DNA of 64,000 nt from Caulobacteraceae bacterium (GTDB lineage Bacteria > Pseudomonadota > Alphaproteobacteria > Caulobacterales > Caulobacteraceae). Location: the NCBI GenBank assembly GCA_035493955.1, contig DATJHI010000003.1, positions 971 to 64,970 of the forward strand. The letters run 5' to 3'. The position numbers were made by a program, and so were the translations under genes. Positions 50,939 through 60,578 of the stretch are shown here, in pieces; within the stretch, counting starts at the first letter, position 1, and each line of letters begins with the position of its first letter. The notes beneath the pieces are model-generated. The model was not told the origin of the DNA and did no database searches. It was given only the letters and a program-made list of their open reading frames with translations.

Positions 50939-51120
50939 GGATTCAGTCTCCAGCCAGCCCCCAGCCCGCCTAACCACCATAACTGGGCCCTGGTTTCAAG
51001 GTCGGCATGGACGGGGGCGGCCAAGCCGGCGCGAGTCACACGAAGGATTGAAAGCCGGCCGTGGGCGGCGGATTTGCGCGCCGCCAACTGCTGCTGTGGT
51101 CGGACGGCGCCCCGACCCGT

Positions 51121-52458
51121 TCAGGGGAGGGTCTCGCTGTCGGCGCCCCGCAGGGCCCAGCCCCCGCGCTTGCGCAGGTAGACGACGTAATAGGCCGCGA
51201 ACAGCGCCATGACCGCGATATTGGCCAAAAGGCTCGGCCGTCCGATCTCCGGATCGGCCAGGTCGGCCCAGGCCACGGCGGCGAGCGCCGCCAGGGCGCC
51301 TGCCGGCGCCAGGGGGAACCAGGGCATCCGGTAGCCGGCCCCCGCCGTCGATCCGTTGGCCCGGCCGGCGAGGGCCGCGACACAGACCCCGGCATAGACG
51401 ATCACCAGGCCGTTGGCGGTCAGCATCACCAGGGCCCTGAAATCGAGCAGGCAGCTGGCCGCGGTCGCCGCGCCCATGATCAGGGCGGCGACCCAGGGCG
51501 ACTGCAGCTTCGGGTGCACCTGGCCGATGATCCGGTTCCAGGCCTGCGGCCACACCCCGTCGCGGGCGCTGGCGTAGAGCTGGCGGGCGTTGATCAGGGC
51601 CACCGCGATCATGGCGTTGACGATGGCGAAGGCGACGCCGACGCTGATCGCCTTGTTCAGCCAGTCGCCTCCGGTCGCCAGGATGAAGGCCGGGATCGGG
51701 GCCGGCGCGGCCAGGAAGGCGCGCAGGTCCCCCGCGCCGGTCGTCACCGCACAGAGGGGACCGAGCTCCGCCACGACCGCGATGGCCAGGGCCCAGAACA
51801 CCACCCAGGCGATGCGGGTCCGGGCCTCGAACATCTCCTCGCCGAAGAAGATGGCTCCGCCGTAGCCGTTGAAGGCGTAGACCGCGCCGGCCGTGGCCGT
51901 GCCGATCACGGCCAGCGGCGTGGGGGAGAGGGTCCCGTCCGCCCCCAGGGCCAAGGGGTGCATGAGGGCTCCGGCGAGATCCCGATGGGCGTGCAGGACG
52001 CCTAGCCACGACAGCAGGCCCAGCGCCGCCAGCTCCACCGCCAGGAAAGCGCCGGTGACCCAGGCGTTGGTCCTTATGTGCAGGGCGGAAAACAGGGTGA
52101 CTGCGGCGGTGGCCGCGAGGGCCGTCGGCAGCGCCGGGTCGCCCGGGATCACCACGTCCAGATATTCGGCCAGGCCCAGGGCCGTCACCGCTTGGCCAAG
52201 CCCTCCGCCCACGAGGTTGAGGCCCAGGGCCATGAAGCCCCAGGCCGGTCCCATGGTCCTGCCGATGATCGAATATTCGCCTCCGGTCAGCGGGAAGGCC
52301 GAGGACAGTTCGGCATAGACATAGGCCGTGGCCAGACCCACCAGCGCCGCGGCGAGGAAACAGATGAGGGCGCCCGTGCCGGCCTGGCGGATCACGTCCT
52401 GGCCCATGACGAAGACCGAGGCCGCCGGGGTCACCCCCGACACGGTGATGAGCAGCAC
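51121..52458 (-). CDS. APC-family amino acid/polyamine permease
   Basis: 12-TM pattern with YAELSSAFPLTGGEY typical of the APC superfamily. The annotated GTG start leaves a very short N-terminus. See the finding on a possible CTG start at 52503. Confidence 0.85.
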   Translation of the reverse strand: MLLITVSGVTPAASVFVMGQDVIRQAGTGALICFLAAALVGLATAYVYAELSSAFPLTGGEYSIIGRTMGPAWGFMALGLNLVGGGLGQAVTALGLAEYLDVVIPGDPALPTALAATAAVTLFSALHIRTNAWVTGAFLAVELAALGLLSWLGVLHAHRDLAGALMHPLALGADGTLSPTPLAVIGTATAGAVYAFNGYGGAIFFGEEMFEARTRIAWVVFWALAIAVVAELGPLCAVTTGAGDLRAFLAAPAPIPAFILATGGDWLNKAISVGVAFAIVNAMIAVALINARQLYASARDGVWPQAWNRIIGQVHPKLQSPWVAALIMGAATAASCLLDFRALVMLTANGLVIVYAGVCVAALAGRANGSTAGAGYRMPWFPLAPAGALAALAAVAWADLADPEIGRPSLLANIAVMALFAAYYVVYLRKRGGWALRGADSETLP

Positions 52459-52569
52459 GCCGAGGCGGTGCAGGCTTTGTTTCAGGGGAACGGCGGCGGT
52501 CAGGTCGACTTCCCTTCAATCGAGGCGACGGCGCCGCTTTCACCACGGCCTCGCGCGAACGTCGACCCT

Positions 52570-53448
52570 TCAGCGGTTCTGAGGTGCGATCATCACCGTC
52601 GAACGCGAGCGCAGGAACCTGTATTCGCCGTCGCGAAGCCGCGTCTCCAAGGCCTCCTTGTAGTCGTGGTAGACCTCGTCGCGGGCGTCCTCGTAGCGTT
52701 CCGCCACCGGCCGCTTGTTGTGCTCCATCACCAGCAGGTGCGGCGCGCCGGCGACCGTCACCGGGCCGGCGACCTGTCCGTCGGACAGGCGGGCCGCGAT
52801 CTGGAACAGCGGCCTGCCGATATGCAACTCGGCCGCGAAATAGAGTTCGGTCCCGTCCAGCTTGCCGGAGTCCGTCAGGCCGTAGGCCGGTTTCACGAGG
52901 GCCAGAGGCGTCCCGGCCTTCAGGGCCTCGGCGGCTTCGGCCATCCGCGCCGGGGCGCCCGGCGCCGGGACCAGGTCGTGCAGGGTCATTTCCCCGACCG
53001 ACTCATACTTGGCCTTGTGGCTGTCGTAGAAGGCGCGCAGGCGCGCCTCGGTCGGGGTTTCGGCGGTGGCGTCGACGGCGACCTGCTGCTGCACCGACAG
53101 CACGATGGCGTTGCGGATGGCCGGATCGACCGCCTGTTCGTTCAGCTCGAGCCCGCGCTGGACGAAGAGCTCCTCACGGATCATCTCGTCCAGGATCTGG
53201 CGCCGCTGCTCGGGCGTCGCCTTGTTGAAGGGGACGCCCAGTTCCATCTCGGTCTGGGCGGTGAAGTCGCTCTGCAGGATCGGACGGCCGTTGACGGTGG
53301 CGGCGTCTTCGGGCGGGACCGTCCAGGTGCTGGGCGCCCGCGTGCTGAACAGGGAAGCCCCCGCCAGCACCAGACCCAGCACGGCCCCGCCGGCGGCCAT
53401 CAGCAGCGAGACGCGGGACCTCTCGAGCACGGTCTTCGCCGACATCAT
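52570..53448 (-). CDS. Membrane-anchored parvulin-type (PpiC/SurA-like) peptidyl-prolyl isomerase
   Basis: Trimmed to ATG 53448 (MMSAKTV...). One TM, a chaperone-like helical region, then a rotamase-like segment (MTLHDLV ... GPVTVAGAPHLLVMEH). Confidence 0.7.
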   Translation of the reverse strand: MMSAKTVLERSRVSLLMAAGGAVLGLVLAGASLFSTRAPSTWTVPPEDAATVNGRPILQSDFTAQTEMELGVPFNKATPEQRRQILDEMIREELFVQRGLELNEQAVDPAIRNAIVLSVQQQVAVDATAETPTEARLRAFYDSHKAKYESVGEMTLHDLVPAPGAPARMAEAAEALKAGTPLALVKPAYGLTDSGKLDGTELYFAAELHIGRPLFQIAARLSDGQVAGPVTVAGAPHLLVMEHNKRPVAERYEDARDEVYHDYKEALETRLRDGEYRFLRSRSTVMIAPQNR

Positions 53449-54230
53449 GACGCCCGGGCTCCGGTCTTCGCGGGCTCCGCCCGTTGATGGACAAGGATCG
53501 CCAGGGCCCGCACAACCGCGGGATCGAGTCGCTGGAGCCATGCCGGACATACCCCCGCCCGGCCCTTGGCGATGCTGGTGCGGATGCTGTCGCGGCTGCC
53601 GTCGCCATAGAGCCAGAAGCCGTCGGTCAGATTGGGCGCGCCGATGAAGCTGTCGCCGCGTCCGTCGCTTTCGTGACAGTCGAAGCATTGGGCCTTGTTG
53701 CGGAAAAGCGCCCGCCCGAGCTCGATGTCCGCGCCGAACCTCGGGCGATGGCCCAGGGCCAGCACATAGTCCGTGACCGCATCCAGCTCATGCGGAGAAA
53801 GCGAAGGGATGGCGTAGCGGGCATAGGGCTTGGCGCGACCGAAGGCCGGCATGTCGGCCTGGTTGCGCCCCCGCGGCGAGCCGGCGCGGACGCCATAGAG
53901 GATGGTCTGCTCGATGTCGGAGGTGCGGCCGCTGCCGAATAGCCAGTCGGCGTCGATCAGATTGGCGGCGCCGGTCCGCGGGTCCCCGCGCATGTCGGCG
54001 CCATGGCAGGCGGCGCAGCGGGCGAGATAGATCGGCTTGGCGCGGGCCATGGCGAAGCGGACCAATTGCGGGTCCTCCTCCGCGCGGTCGGGGAAGGCCC
54101 GGACCAAGCGGGCGTCCATCTCCTGTCGGTGCAGCAAGCCCGCCCCCAGCGCCCCGCCCAGGACCAGGAGCGCAGTCACGATCCCGACACCTATCCGTCT
54201 GTCCGTCCGCCTGATGGGCACGCGCCGCAA
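53445..54230 (-). CDS. Membrane-anchored di-heme c-type cytochrome (CcoP-like)
   Basis: N-terminal TM and two CxxCH motifs (CAACH, CFDCH), each followed downstream by a Met-containing loop. Its stop overlaps the next start (ATGA). Confidence 0.8.
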   Translation of the reverse strand: MRRVPIRRTDRRIGVGIVTALLVLGGALGAGLLHRQEMDARLVRAFPDRAEEDPQLVRFAMARAKPIYLARCAACHGADMRGDPRTGAANLIDADWLFGSGRTSDIEQTILYGVRAGSPRGRNQADMPAFGRAKPYARYAIPSLSPHELDAVTDYVLALGHRPRFGADIELGRALFRNKAQCFDCHESDGRGDSFIGAPNLTDGFWLYGDGSRDSIRTSIAKGRAGVCPAWLQRLDPAVVRALAILVHQRAEPAKTGARAS

Positions 54231-54371
54231 ACCTCGCTAACGACGGGAGTCGCAGTAGCATTGGCTAAGCTGGCACAAAGTCTTCAGTTGTGGAAATGCG
54301 GCGATCCTCCGCTGGCCAAGGTTCGCATGCTTCTGCGACAATGACCGCGAATGCGCCGGGAGGAGTGAAGA

Positions 54372-56066
54372 ATGACGGGGTCGCTTGGAAGCGATGTGAC
54401 GGTGGAAACCAAGCTGACCGGATACGATCTGATCAACAATCCCATGCTCAACAAGGGCACCGCGTTCACCGATGCGGAGCGGGACGCCTTCAACCTTCAC
54501 GGCCTGTTGCCGCCCCAGGTCGGCGCCCTCGACGATCAGGTCCGTCGCCGGCTGAAGGTGCTGCGCGCCTTCGGCACCGATTTCGAACGCTACGCCTTCC
54601 TTCGCGACCTGCAGGACACCAACGAGACCCTGTTCTACGCGCTTTTGACCCGCAACCTCGATGAGATGCTGCCCCTCGTCTACACGCCCACGGTCGGCGA
54701 GGGCTGCCAGCGGTTCAGCGAAATCTGGCGCAAGCCCCGCGGCGTCTTCCTCAGCTATCCGAACCGGGGCCGGATCCGCGAGATCCTGTCGGATCAGCGC
54801 TTCGACCGGGTGCGGGTGATCGTGGTCAGCGACGGGGAGCGCATCCTCGGGCTCGGCGACCAGGGCGCCGGCGGCATGGGCATCCCGATCGGCAAGCTGT
54901 CGCTCTACACCGCCTGCGCCGGCATCCACCCGGACGAGACCTTGCCGGTCCTGCTCGACCTCGGCACCACCAACGAGGAGCGGCTGGCCGACCCCCTCTA
55001 CATCGGCTGGCGGCACGAACGGATCCGGGGCGCCGAGTACGACGCCTTCATCGAGGACTTCATCAGCGCGGTGATCGAGCGCTGGCCCGACGTGCTGCTC
55101 CAGTGGGAGGATTTCGCCGGGGCCAACGCAAGCCGGTTGCTGGAGCGCTATCGCGACCGGCTGTGCACCTTCAACGACGACATCCAGGGCACCGCCGCCG
55201 TCGCGGCCGGAACCTTGATGGCGGCGATCAATGTCACCGGCCTGCCCATCGCCGAGCAGCGCATCGCCATGGTGGGCATGGGCTCGGCGGGCAGCGGCAT
55301 CGCCGGCCTGCTGGTGCGGGCTATGGTCGACGCCGGCTTGAGCGAGGCCGAGGCGCGGCTGCGCTTCTTCGGGGTCGGCCACCAGGGCCTGCTGGTGGAA
55401 GGGGCGAACGACATCAGCCCGGCTCAGCGCCCGTTCGTGCGCACGCGGGAGTCGGTCGCCGGCTGGACCCTGCGGGACCCCAGCCGGATTGACCTGTTCG
55501 ACGTGGCGGCCAACGCCCGGCCCACGGTGCTGATCGGCGCCTCGGCCCAGGCCGGGGCCTTCTCCGAAGCGGTGGTGCGGGAAATGGCCCGGCACGTCGA
55601 TCGCCCGATCATCTTCCCCCTGTCCAACCCCACCTCGCGCAGCGAGGCGACGCCGGCCGATCTGATGGCCTGGACCGAGGGGCGGGCCCTGATCGGAACC
55701 GGAAGTCCGTTCCCCCCTGTCGAGGTGGGCGGCAGGACCGTGACCATCGACCAGACCAACAACTCCTACATCTTCCCCGGCGTGGGCCTCGGGGTGATCG
55801 CTTCGGGGGCCAGGCGGATCACCGACGCCATGTTCATGGCCGCCGGCCTGGCGCTGGCCGCCCTGTCGCCGACCAGGACCGACAAGACCGGCAAGCTGCT
55901 CCCGCCCGTGTGCGACCTGCGCGCCGTGGCCGTGGCGGTCGCCGCCGCCGTCGGTCGCCAGGCCCAGAAAGACGGAGTGGCCGAACCGATGGCCCCCGAG
56001 GTCCTCGACGCCCGCATCGCCGCCCACATCTGGAAGCCGGAATACCGGCCCTACCGGCGGGTCTGA
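54372..56066 (+). CDS. maeA: NAD-dependent malic enzyme
   Basis: 564 aa. [19 protein letters not shown], the [17 protein letters not shown] motif, FNDDIQGTA, and the GAG.AG Rossmann fold. Confidence 0.95.
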   Translation: MTGSLGSDVTVETKLTGYDLINNPMLNKGTAFTDAERDAFNLHGLLPPQVGALDDQVRRRLKVLRAFGTDFERYAFLRDLQDTNETLFYALLTRNLDEMLPLVYTPTVGEGCQRFSEIWRKPRGVFLSYPNRGRIREILSDQRFDRVRVIVVSDGERILGLGDQGAGGMGIPIGKLSLYTACAGIHPDETLPVLLDLGTTNEERLADPLYIGWRHERIRGAEYDAFIEDFISAVIERWPDVLLQWEDFAGANASRLLERYRDRLCTFNDDIQGTAAVAAGTLMAAINVTGLPIAEQRIAMVGMGSAGSGIAGLLVRAMVDAGLSEAEARLRFFGVGHQGLLVEGANDISPAQRPFVRTRESVAGWTLRDPSRIDLFDVAANARPTVLIGASAQAGAFSEAVVREMARHVDRPIIFPLSNPTSRSEATPADLMAWTEGRALIGTGSPFPPVEVGGRTVTIDQTNNSYIFPGVGLGVIASGARRITDAMFMAAGLALAALSPTRTDKTGKLLPPVCDLRAVAVAVAAAVGRQAQKDGVAEPMAPEVLDARIAAHIWKPEYRPYRRV

Positions 56067-58201
56067 GCCTCTTTCACCCGGGTGCGGGCGGCATGGAGCA
56101 GCGGCTCGGTGTAGCCATTTGGCTGGGTCGACCCTTCGAACACCAGCGCGCGGGCCGCCTGGAACGCGGTATTGCCGGCCAGGTCGCCCGACATGGGCCG
56201 ATAGAGCGGATCGCCGGCGTTCTGGGCGTCGACCTTGGCCGCCATCCGGCGCATCGCCGCCTCGACCTGCTCGGCCGTGCAGACCCCGTGCGCCAGCCAA
56301 TTGGCCAAGTGCTGGGACGAGATCCGCAAGGTGGCGCGATCCTCCATCAGGCCGATGTCGTGGATGTCCGGGACCTTGGAGCAGCCGACGCCCTGGTCGA
56401 TCCACCGGACCACGTAACCCAGGATGCCCTGGGCGTTGTTGTCCAGCTCGTCGCCCACCAGGTCGTTGGGCCAGTTGCGACCTTCGGCCAGGGGCAGGGC
56501 CAACAGGGCCTCGAGGCCGGGGACGGGCGCGCCCCTGATCTCGGCCTGGCGGGCGAACACGTCGACCATGTGGTAGTGCAGGGCGTGCAGGGTGGCGGCG
56601 GTGGGGCTGGGCACCCAGGCCGTGTTCGCGCCCGAGCGCGGGTGGGCGATCTTCTGCTCCAGCATGTCGGCCATGCGGTCCGGGGCGGCCCACATGCCCT
56701 TGCCGATCTGGGCCTTGCCCGCCAAGCCGCAGGCCAAGCCGATGGCCACGTTGCGCTGTTCGTAGGCGCCGATCCAGGCGGCCGACTTCATCTCGGCCTT
56801 GGGCACGACCGGCCCCGCGCGCATCGAGGTGTGGATCTCGTCGCCGGTCCGGTCGAGGAAACCGGTGTTGATGAACACCAGCCGGTGGCGCACCGCCGCG
56901 ATGCAGGCGGCCAGATTGGCCGAGGTGCGCCGCTCCTCGTCCATGACCCCGATCTTCAGGGTGTAGGGCTCCAGGCCCAGCAGGGTCTCGATCGCCCCGA
57001 ACAGCCGGTCGTTGAAGGCCGCTTCCTCGGGGCCGTGCATCTTCGGCTTGACGATGTAGATCGATCCGGCGGGACTGTTGACGTAGCGACCCTGCCGCCG
57101 AAGGTCGTAAAGCCCGATCAGGCTGGTGATCACCCCGTCGAGGAAACCCTCCGGCAGTTCGTCGCCATCGGGCAGCAGCACCGCGGGCGTGCCCATCAGC
57201 ATGCCGACGTTGCGGACCATCAGCAGGGCGCGTCCCCGCAAGGAGGCCGGCGCGCCGTTCGGGGCCGTGTAGCTGCGGTCGGGCTCGAGCCGCCGACGCA
57301 TAACCCGGCCGCCCTTTTCGAAATCGGCCTCCAGGTCGCCCTTCAGCAGACCCAGCCAGTTGCGGTAGGCCTCCACCTTGTCGGCCGCATCGACCGCGGC
57401 GACGGAGTCCTCGAGGTCGACGATGGTGGTTAGGGCCGCCTCCAGCTGGACGTCGGCCAGGCCGGCGGGATCGGCACGGCCGATGGGATGGGTCCGGTCG
57501 ATCACCAGCCGGATATGCAGGCCGTGATGCCTGAACAGCAGCGCGGCGGGAGCGGCGGGATCGCCCTCGTAGCCCGCGAAGGCGTCCGCATCCCTCAGGG
57601 CGGGAAAAAGCCGCCCGTCCTGAACGGACCAGCCGGTCACGTCGGCGTGGGAGCCGGAGGCCAGGGGGACGACCTGATCGAGCAGGGCCTTGGCCCGCGC
57701 CACCACCGCGGCGCCGCGTTCGGCGTCATAGCCCTTGGCCATGGGCCGGTCCTGCGGAATGGCGTCGGTTCCGTAGAGGGCGTCGTAGAGGCTGCCCCAG
57801 CGGGCGTTGGCGGCGTTCAGAAGGAAACGGGCGTTCAGCCCCGGAACCACCAGCTGAGGGCCGGCGAGGCGGGCGAGCTCGTCGTCGACGTTGGGGGTGT
57901 CGATCTGGAACGGTTCGGGCTCGTCGAGCAGATAGCCGATCTCGCGCAGGAAGGCCGCGTAGGCGACCCCGTCGTGCGGCTGGCCGCGGCGGGCGTCGTG
58001 CCAGGCGTCGATCTGGCTTTGCAGCCGGTCGCGTTTCTGCAGCAAGGCGCGGTTCTCCGGCGCCAGGGCGGTGAACAGGCTCGCCGCCCCGGACCAGAAC
58101 TGTCCGGAATCGAAGTCCAGCCCGGGCAGGACCTCGGTCTCGACAAAGGCGGCCAGAACCGCGGCGACCTTCAGCCCCGCGCGATCGACAAAGGCGGTCA
58201 T
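56051..58201 (-). CDS. glcB: Malate synthase G
   Basis: Trimmed to ATG 58201 ([12 protein letters not shown]...). 716 aa with glcB-type motifs throughout ([19 protein letters not shown]). Its 3' end overlaps the convergent malic enzyme gene by 16 nt. Confidence 0.95.
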   Translation of the reverse strand: MTAFVDRAGLKVAAVLAAFVETEVLPGLDFDSGQFWSGAASLFTALAPENRALLQKRDRLQSQIDAWHDARRGQPHDGVAYAAFLREIGYLLDEPEPFQIDTPNVDDELARLAGPQLVVPGLNARFLLNAANARWGSLYDALYGTDAIPQDRPMAKGYDAERGAAVVARAKALLDQVVPLASGSHADVTGWSVQDGRLFPALRDADAFAGYEGDPAAPAALLFRHHGLHIRLVIDRTHPIGRADPAGLADVQLEAALTTIVDLEDSVAAVDAADKVEAYRNWLGLLKGDLEADFEKGGRVMRRRLEPDRSYTAPNGAPASLRGRALLMVRNVGMLMGTPAVLLPDGDELPEGFLDGVITSLIGLYDLRRQGRYVNSPAGSIYIVKPKMHGPEEAAFNDRLFGAIETLLGLEPYTLKIGVMDEERRTSANLAACIAAVRHRLVFINTGFLDRTGDEIHTSMRAGPVVPKAEMKSAAWIGAYEQRNVAIGLACGLAGKAQIGKGMWAAPDRMADMLEQKIAHPRSGANTAWVPSPTAATLHALHYHMVDVFARQAEIRGAPVPGLEALLALPLAEGRNWPNDLVGDELDNNAQGILGYVVRWIDQGVGCSKVPDIHDIGLMEDRATLRISSQHLANWLAHGVCTAEQVEAAMRRMAAKVDAQNAGDPLYRPMSGDLAGNTAFQAARALVFEGSTQPNGYTEPLLHAARTRVKEAQTRR

Positions 58202-58206
58202 CCCGA

Positions 58207-58641
58207 TCAGCCCCGGCCTTCGAGGCCGGCGGCGGCCGCACCGGCCAGGGCGCACAGCTCGTCGTTGTCGGAGGTGTCGCCGGTGATGCCGATCGCGCCG
58301 ATCACCGTGTCGCCGCGGGCGACCAGCACGCCGCCCGCCACCGGCACCAGGCCGTTGGAAGCGATCCCGCCCAGCGAAGCGACGAAGCTCGGCCGGTCCG
58401 CCGCCATCTCGCCGATCTTGCGGGAGGAAATCCCCAGGTCCAGGGCTCCGGAGGCCTTGGCGATGGCGATCTGCGGACGCAGGTTCGAAGCGTTCTCAGG
58501 CCTCTGCAGCGCCAGGATGTGACCGCCGGCGTCAAGCACCGCAACGGTCAGCGGCTTCAGCCCCCGCTTTTGGCCTTCGGCGAAGGCGCCGACGATGATC
58601 CGGTTGGCTTCGTCGAGAGTCAGACGAGCGGCATTGCTCAT
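58207..58641 (-). CDS. glcG: GlcG/HbpS-like heme-binding (DUF336) protein
   Basis: 144 aa. ...[14 protein letters not shown]...A.AKA..A..., GG.LV......[17 protein letters not shown]. It ends 5 nt upstream of the glcB start. Confidence 0.85.
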   Translation of the reverse strand: MSNAARLTLDEANRIIVGAFAEGQKRGLKPLTVAVLDAGGHILALQRPENASNLRPQIAIAKASGALDLGISSRKIGEMAADRPSFVASLGGIASNGLVPVAGGVLVARGDTVIGAIGITGDTSDNDELCALAGAAAAGLEGRG

Positions 58642-58871
58642 GAAAAGTTCCTTTGAGTCGCCCAGCTTAGCCGAGGCGCAGGTCCCCGCGCGACGCGCCT
58701 AGCCGATGAGGTTTGAAAGCCCCGCCTGAGAGGCGAGCTAAACGATTGGAGCCCTCATGGAAAGTCGGGGAGGACCTCCCTCCCCAAATTCGCCGGGCCG
58801 CTGCCCGCGGGGTCAGCCCGCATGGGCGCGGCGGCCGTGCCCACCGTCATTGATCCTTGCCTGGAAAGTTG

Positions 58872-58901
58872 TCCTGGACGGTCCGAGTGGACCGTCCAGG
58901 A
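58872..58901 (-). terminator. Stem-loop terminator candidate after the 57-aa ORF
   Basis: 13-bp perfect stem (TCCTGGACGGTCC / GGACCGTCCAGGA) with a 4-nt loop, 12 nt downstream of the TGA. Only a short T-containing tail follows (ACAACTTTCC on the minus strand). Confidence 0.5.
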
Positions 58902-58913
58902 CCACGGCGGTGG

Positions 58914-59087
58914 TCAGACGAGGTTGTCGTCCGTCTGGGCGCGGGCCTTCTTGTAGAGCCCGTCCGCCAGCCGGTTCATCTTCTCGATGGCCTCGTCATA
59001 GAGCTTGCGCAGCTCCTCGTGGCCGGGCGTCTGGTCCCGGCCGGCGCGGAGCTGGTGGATGAAGCTGTCGACGCTGCGGTGATACAT
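58914..59087 (-). CDS. Small conserved-looking protein (57 aa) downstream of aceA, absent from the ORF track
   Basis: ATG 59087 lies 6 nt after AGGAGA. The translation is MYHRSVDSFIHQLRAGRDQTPGHEELRKLYDEAIEKMNRLADGLYKKARAQTDDNLV. Nearly every codon ends in G/C, as in genuine genes here. TGA at 58914 is followed by a 13-bp stem-loop. Confidence 0.6.
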   Translation of the reverse strand: MYHRSVDSFIHQLRAGRDQTPGHEELRKLYDEAIEKMNRLADGLYKKARAQTDDNLV

Positions 59088-59122
59088 CTTCGTCTCCTAT
59101 GGTTTCGGGGTTGAACCTGGGG

Positions 59123-60430
59123 TCAGGCGGCGACGGGTTCGGTCTTGGCGGACGCCGTCTGGAACTGGGCCGTCTCGGTGGACTCCGCGAGGGCGGTGGT
59201 GGAGGCCGCGCCCGCGGTGATGGCCAGGCTCACCTGGTCGAAGTAGCCGGTGCCGACCTCGCGCTGGTGGCGCGTGGCGGTGTAGCCCTCGGCCTCCGAG
59301 CCGAACTCGGCCTGCTGCAGCTCGGAATAGGCGGCCATGCCGCGGTCGCGGTAACCGTTGGCCAGTTCGAACATGCCGTGGTTCAGGGCGTGGAAGCCCG
59401 CCAGGGTGACGAACTGGAACCGGTAGCCCATGGCGCCCAGTTCGCGCTGGAAGCGGGCGATGGTTTCCCCATCCAGCTTGGCCGCCCAGTTGAACGAGGG
59501 CGAGCAGTTGTAGGCCAGCAGCTTGCCCGGATGGACCGCGTGCACCGCTTCGGCGAAGCGCCGGGCGTCTTCGAGGTCCGGATAGGAGGTCTCCCACCAC
59601 AGCAGGTCGGCGTACGGCGCGTAGGCGAGGCCGCGGGCGATGCAATGGTCGAGCCCGGTCCCCTCGCGCAGACGATGGAAGCCTTCCGGCGTGCGGCTGC
59701 CGGGCTCGATGAAGCGGCGGTCGCGCTCATCGACGTCCGAAGTGATCAGCCGGGCCGATTCCGCGTCGGTGCGGGCGACCACCAGGGTCGGCACGCCCAT
59801 GACGTCGGCGGCGAGGCGGGCGGCGGTCAGGTTGCGGATGTGGGCCGCGGTCGGGATCAGGACCTTGCCGCCCATGTGGCCGCATTTCTTTTCCGACGCC
59901 AGTTGGTCTTCGAAATGGACCCCCGCCGCGCCCGCCTCGATGAAGGCCTTCATGATCTCGAAGGCGTTGAGGGGGCCGCCGAAGCCGGCCTCGGCGTCGG
60001 CGACGATCGGGGCGAACCAGTCCCGCTTGGCCCCGCCCTCGGCGTGCTCGATCTGGTCGGCGCGCTGCAGGGTCCGGTTGATGCGGCGACACAGGTCCGG
60101 CGCCGCGTTGGCCGGATAGAGGCTCTGGTCGGGGTACATGGCCCCCGCCGTGTTGGCGTCCGCGGCCACCTGCCAGCCGGACAGATAGATCGCCTGCAAG
60201 CCGGCGCGGACCATCTGCATCGCCTGGCCGCCGGTCATGGCTCCCAGGGCGTGGACATAGGGTTCCTGCTGAAGCAGGGCCCAGAGCTTGTTGGCCCCGC
60301 GCTCGGCCAGGGTCTGCTGGATGGGGAAGGAGCCGCGCAGCCGCTTCACGTCCTCGACGCCGTAGGGGCGCGCGACGCCGTCGAAACGCCCGGCCGGGGC
60401 ATTGGGAACAAGATCCTCGAAGCTGCTCAT
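59123..60430 (-). CDS. aceA: Isocitrate lyase
   Basis: Trimmed to ATG 60430 ([10 protein letters not shown]...) after AGGAGAA. Contains the signature KKCGHMGGK. 435 aa. Confidence 0.95.
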   Translation of the reverse strand: MSSFEDLVPNAPAGRFDGVARPYGVEDVKRLRGSFPIQQTLAERGANKLWALLQQEPYVHALGAMTGGQAMQMVRAGLQAIYLSGWQVAADANTAGAMYPDQSLYPANAAPDLCRRINRTLQRADQIEHAEGGAKRDWFAPIVADAEAGFGGPLNAFEIMKAFIEAGAAGVHFEDQLASEKKCGHMGGKVLIPTAAHIRNLTAARLAADVMGVPTLVVARTDAESARLITSDVDERDRRFIEPGSRTPEGFHRLREGTGLDHCIARGLAYAPYADLLWWETSYPDLEDARRFAEAVHAVHPGKLLAYNCSPSFNWAAKLDGETIARFQRELGAMGYRFQFVTLAGFHALNHGMFELANGYRDRGMAAYSELQQAEFGSEAEGYTATRHQREVGTGYFDQVSLAITAGAASTTALAESTETAQFQTASAKTEPVAA

Positions 60431-60554
60431 CCTTGGTTCTCCTGCTGAGGCGCCGCAGTGCAGCGCTTGGATTGTGCAGGAGCGTAACGCCGACGCGGCC
60501 CCTTCGGACAGGCGCCTGAAGGCGGCGTTGTCATAAGTGCATCTAGTCAATCAT

Positions 60555-60575
60555 GTAAACTTGTGACAATGTGAC
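60555..60575. promoter_or_regulatory. Candidate operator between aceA and the RamB-like regulator
   Basis: GTAAACTTGTGACAATGTGAC contains tandem TGTGAC hexamers 2 nt apart. AAACTTGTGACAA partially resembles the corynebacterial RamB box A(A/G)AACTTTGCAAA as I remember it. Confidence 0.3.
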
Positions 60576-60578
60576 CGG

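Noticed and set aside
54237-56693. 818-aa ORF spanning the malic enzyme and the glcB 3' end on the minus strand
   Set aside because: It overlaps two well-supported genes, in antisense or off-frame. The sequence is low-complexity and Arg/Gly/Pro-rich.
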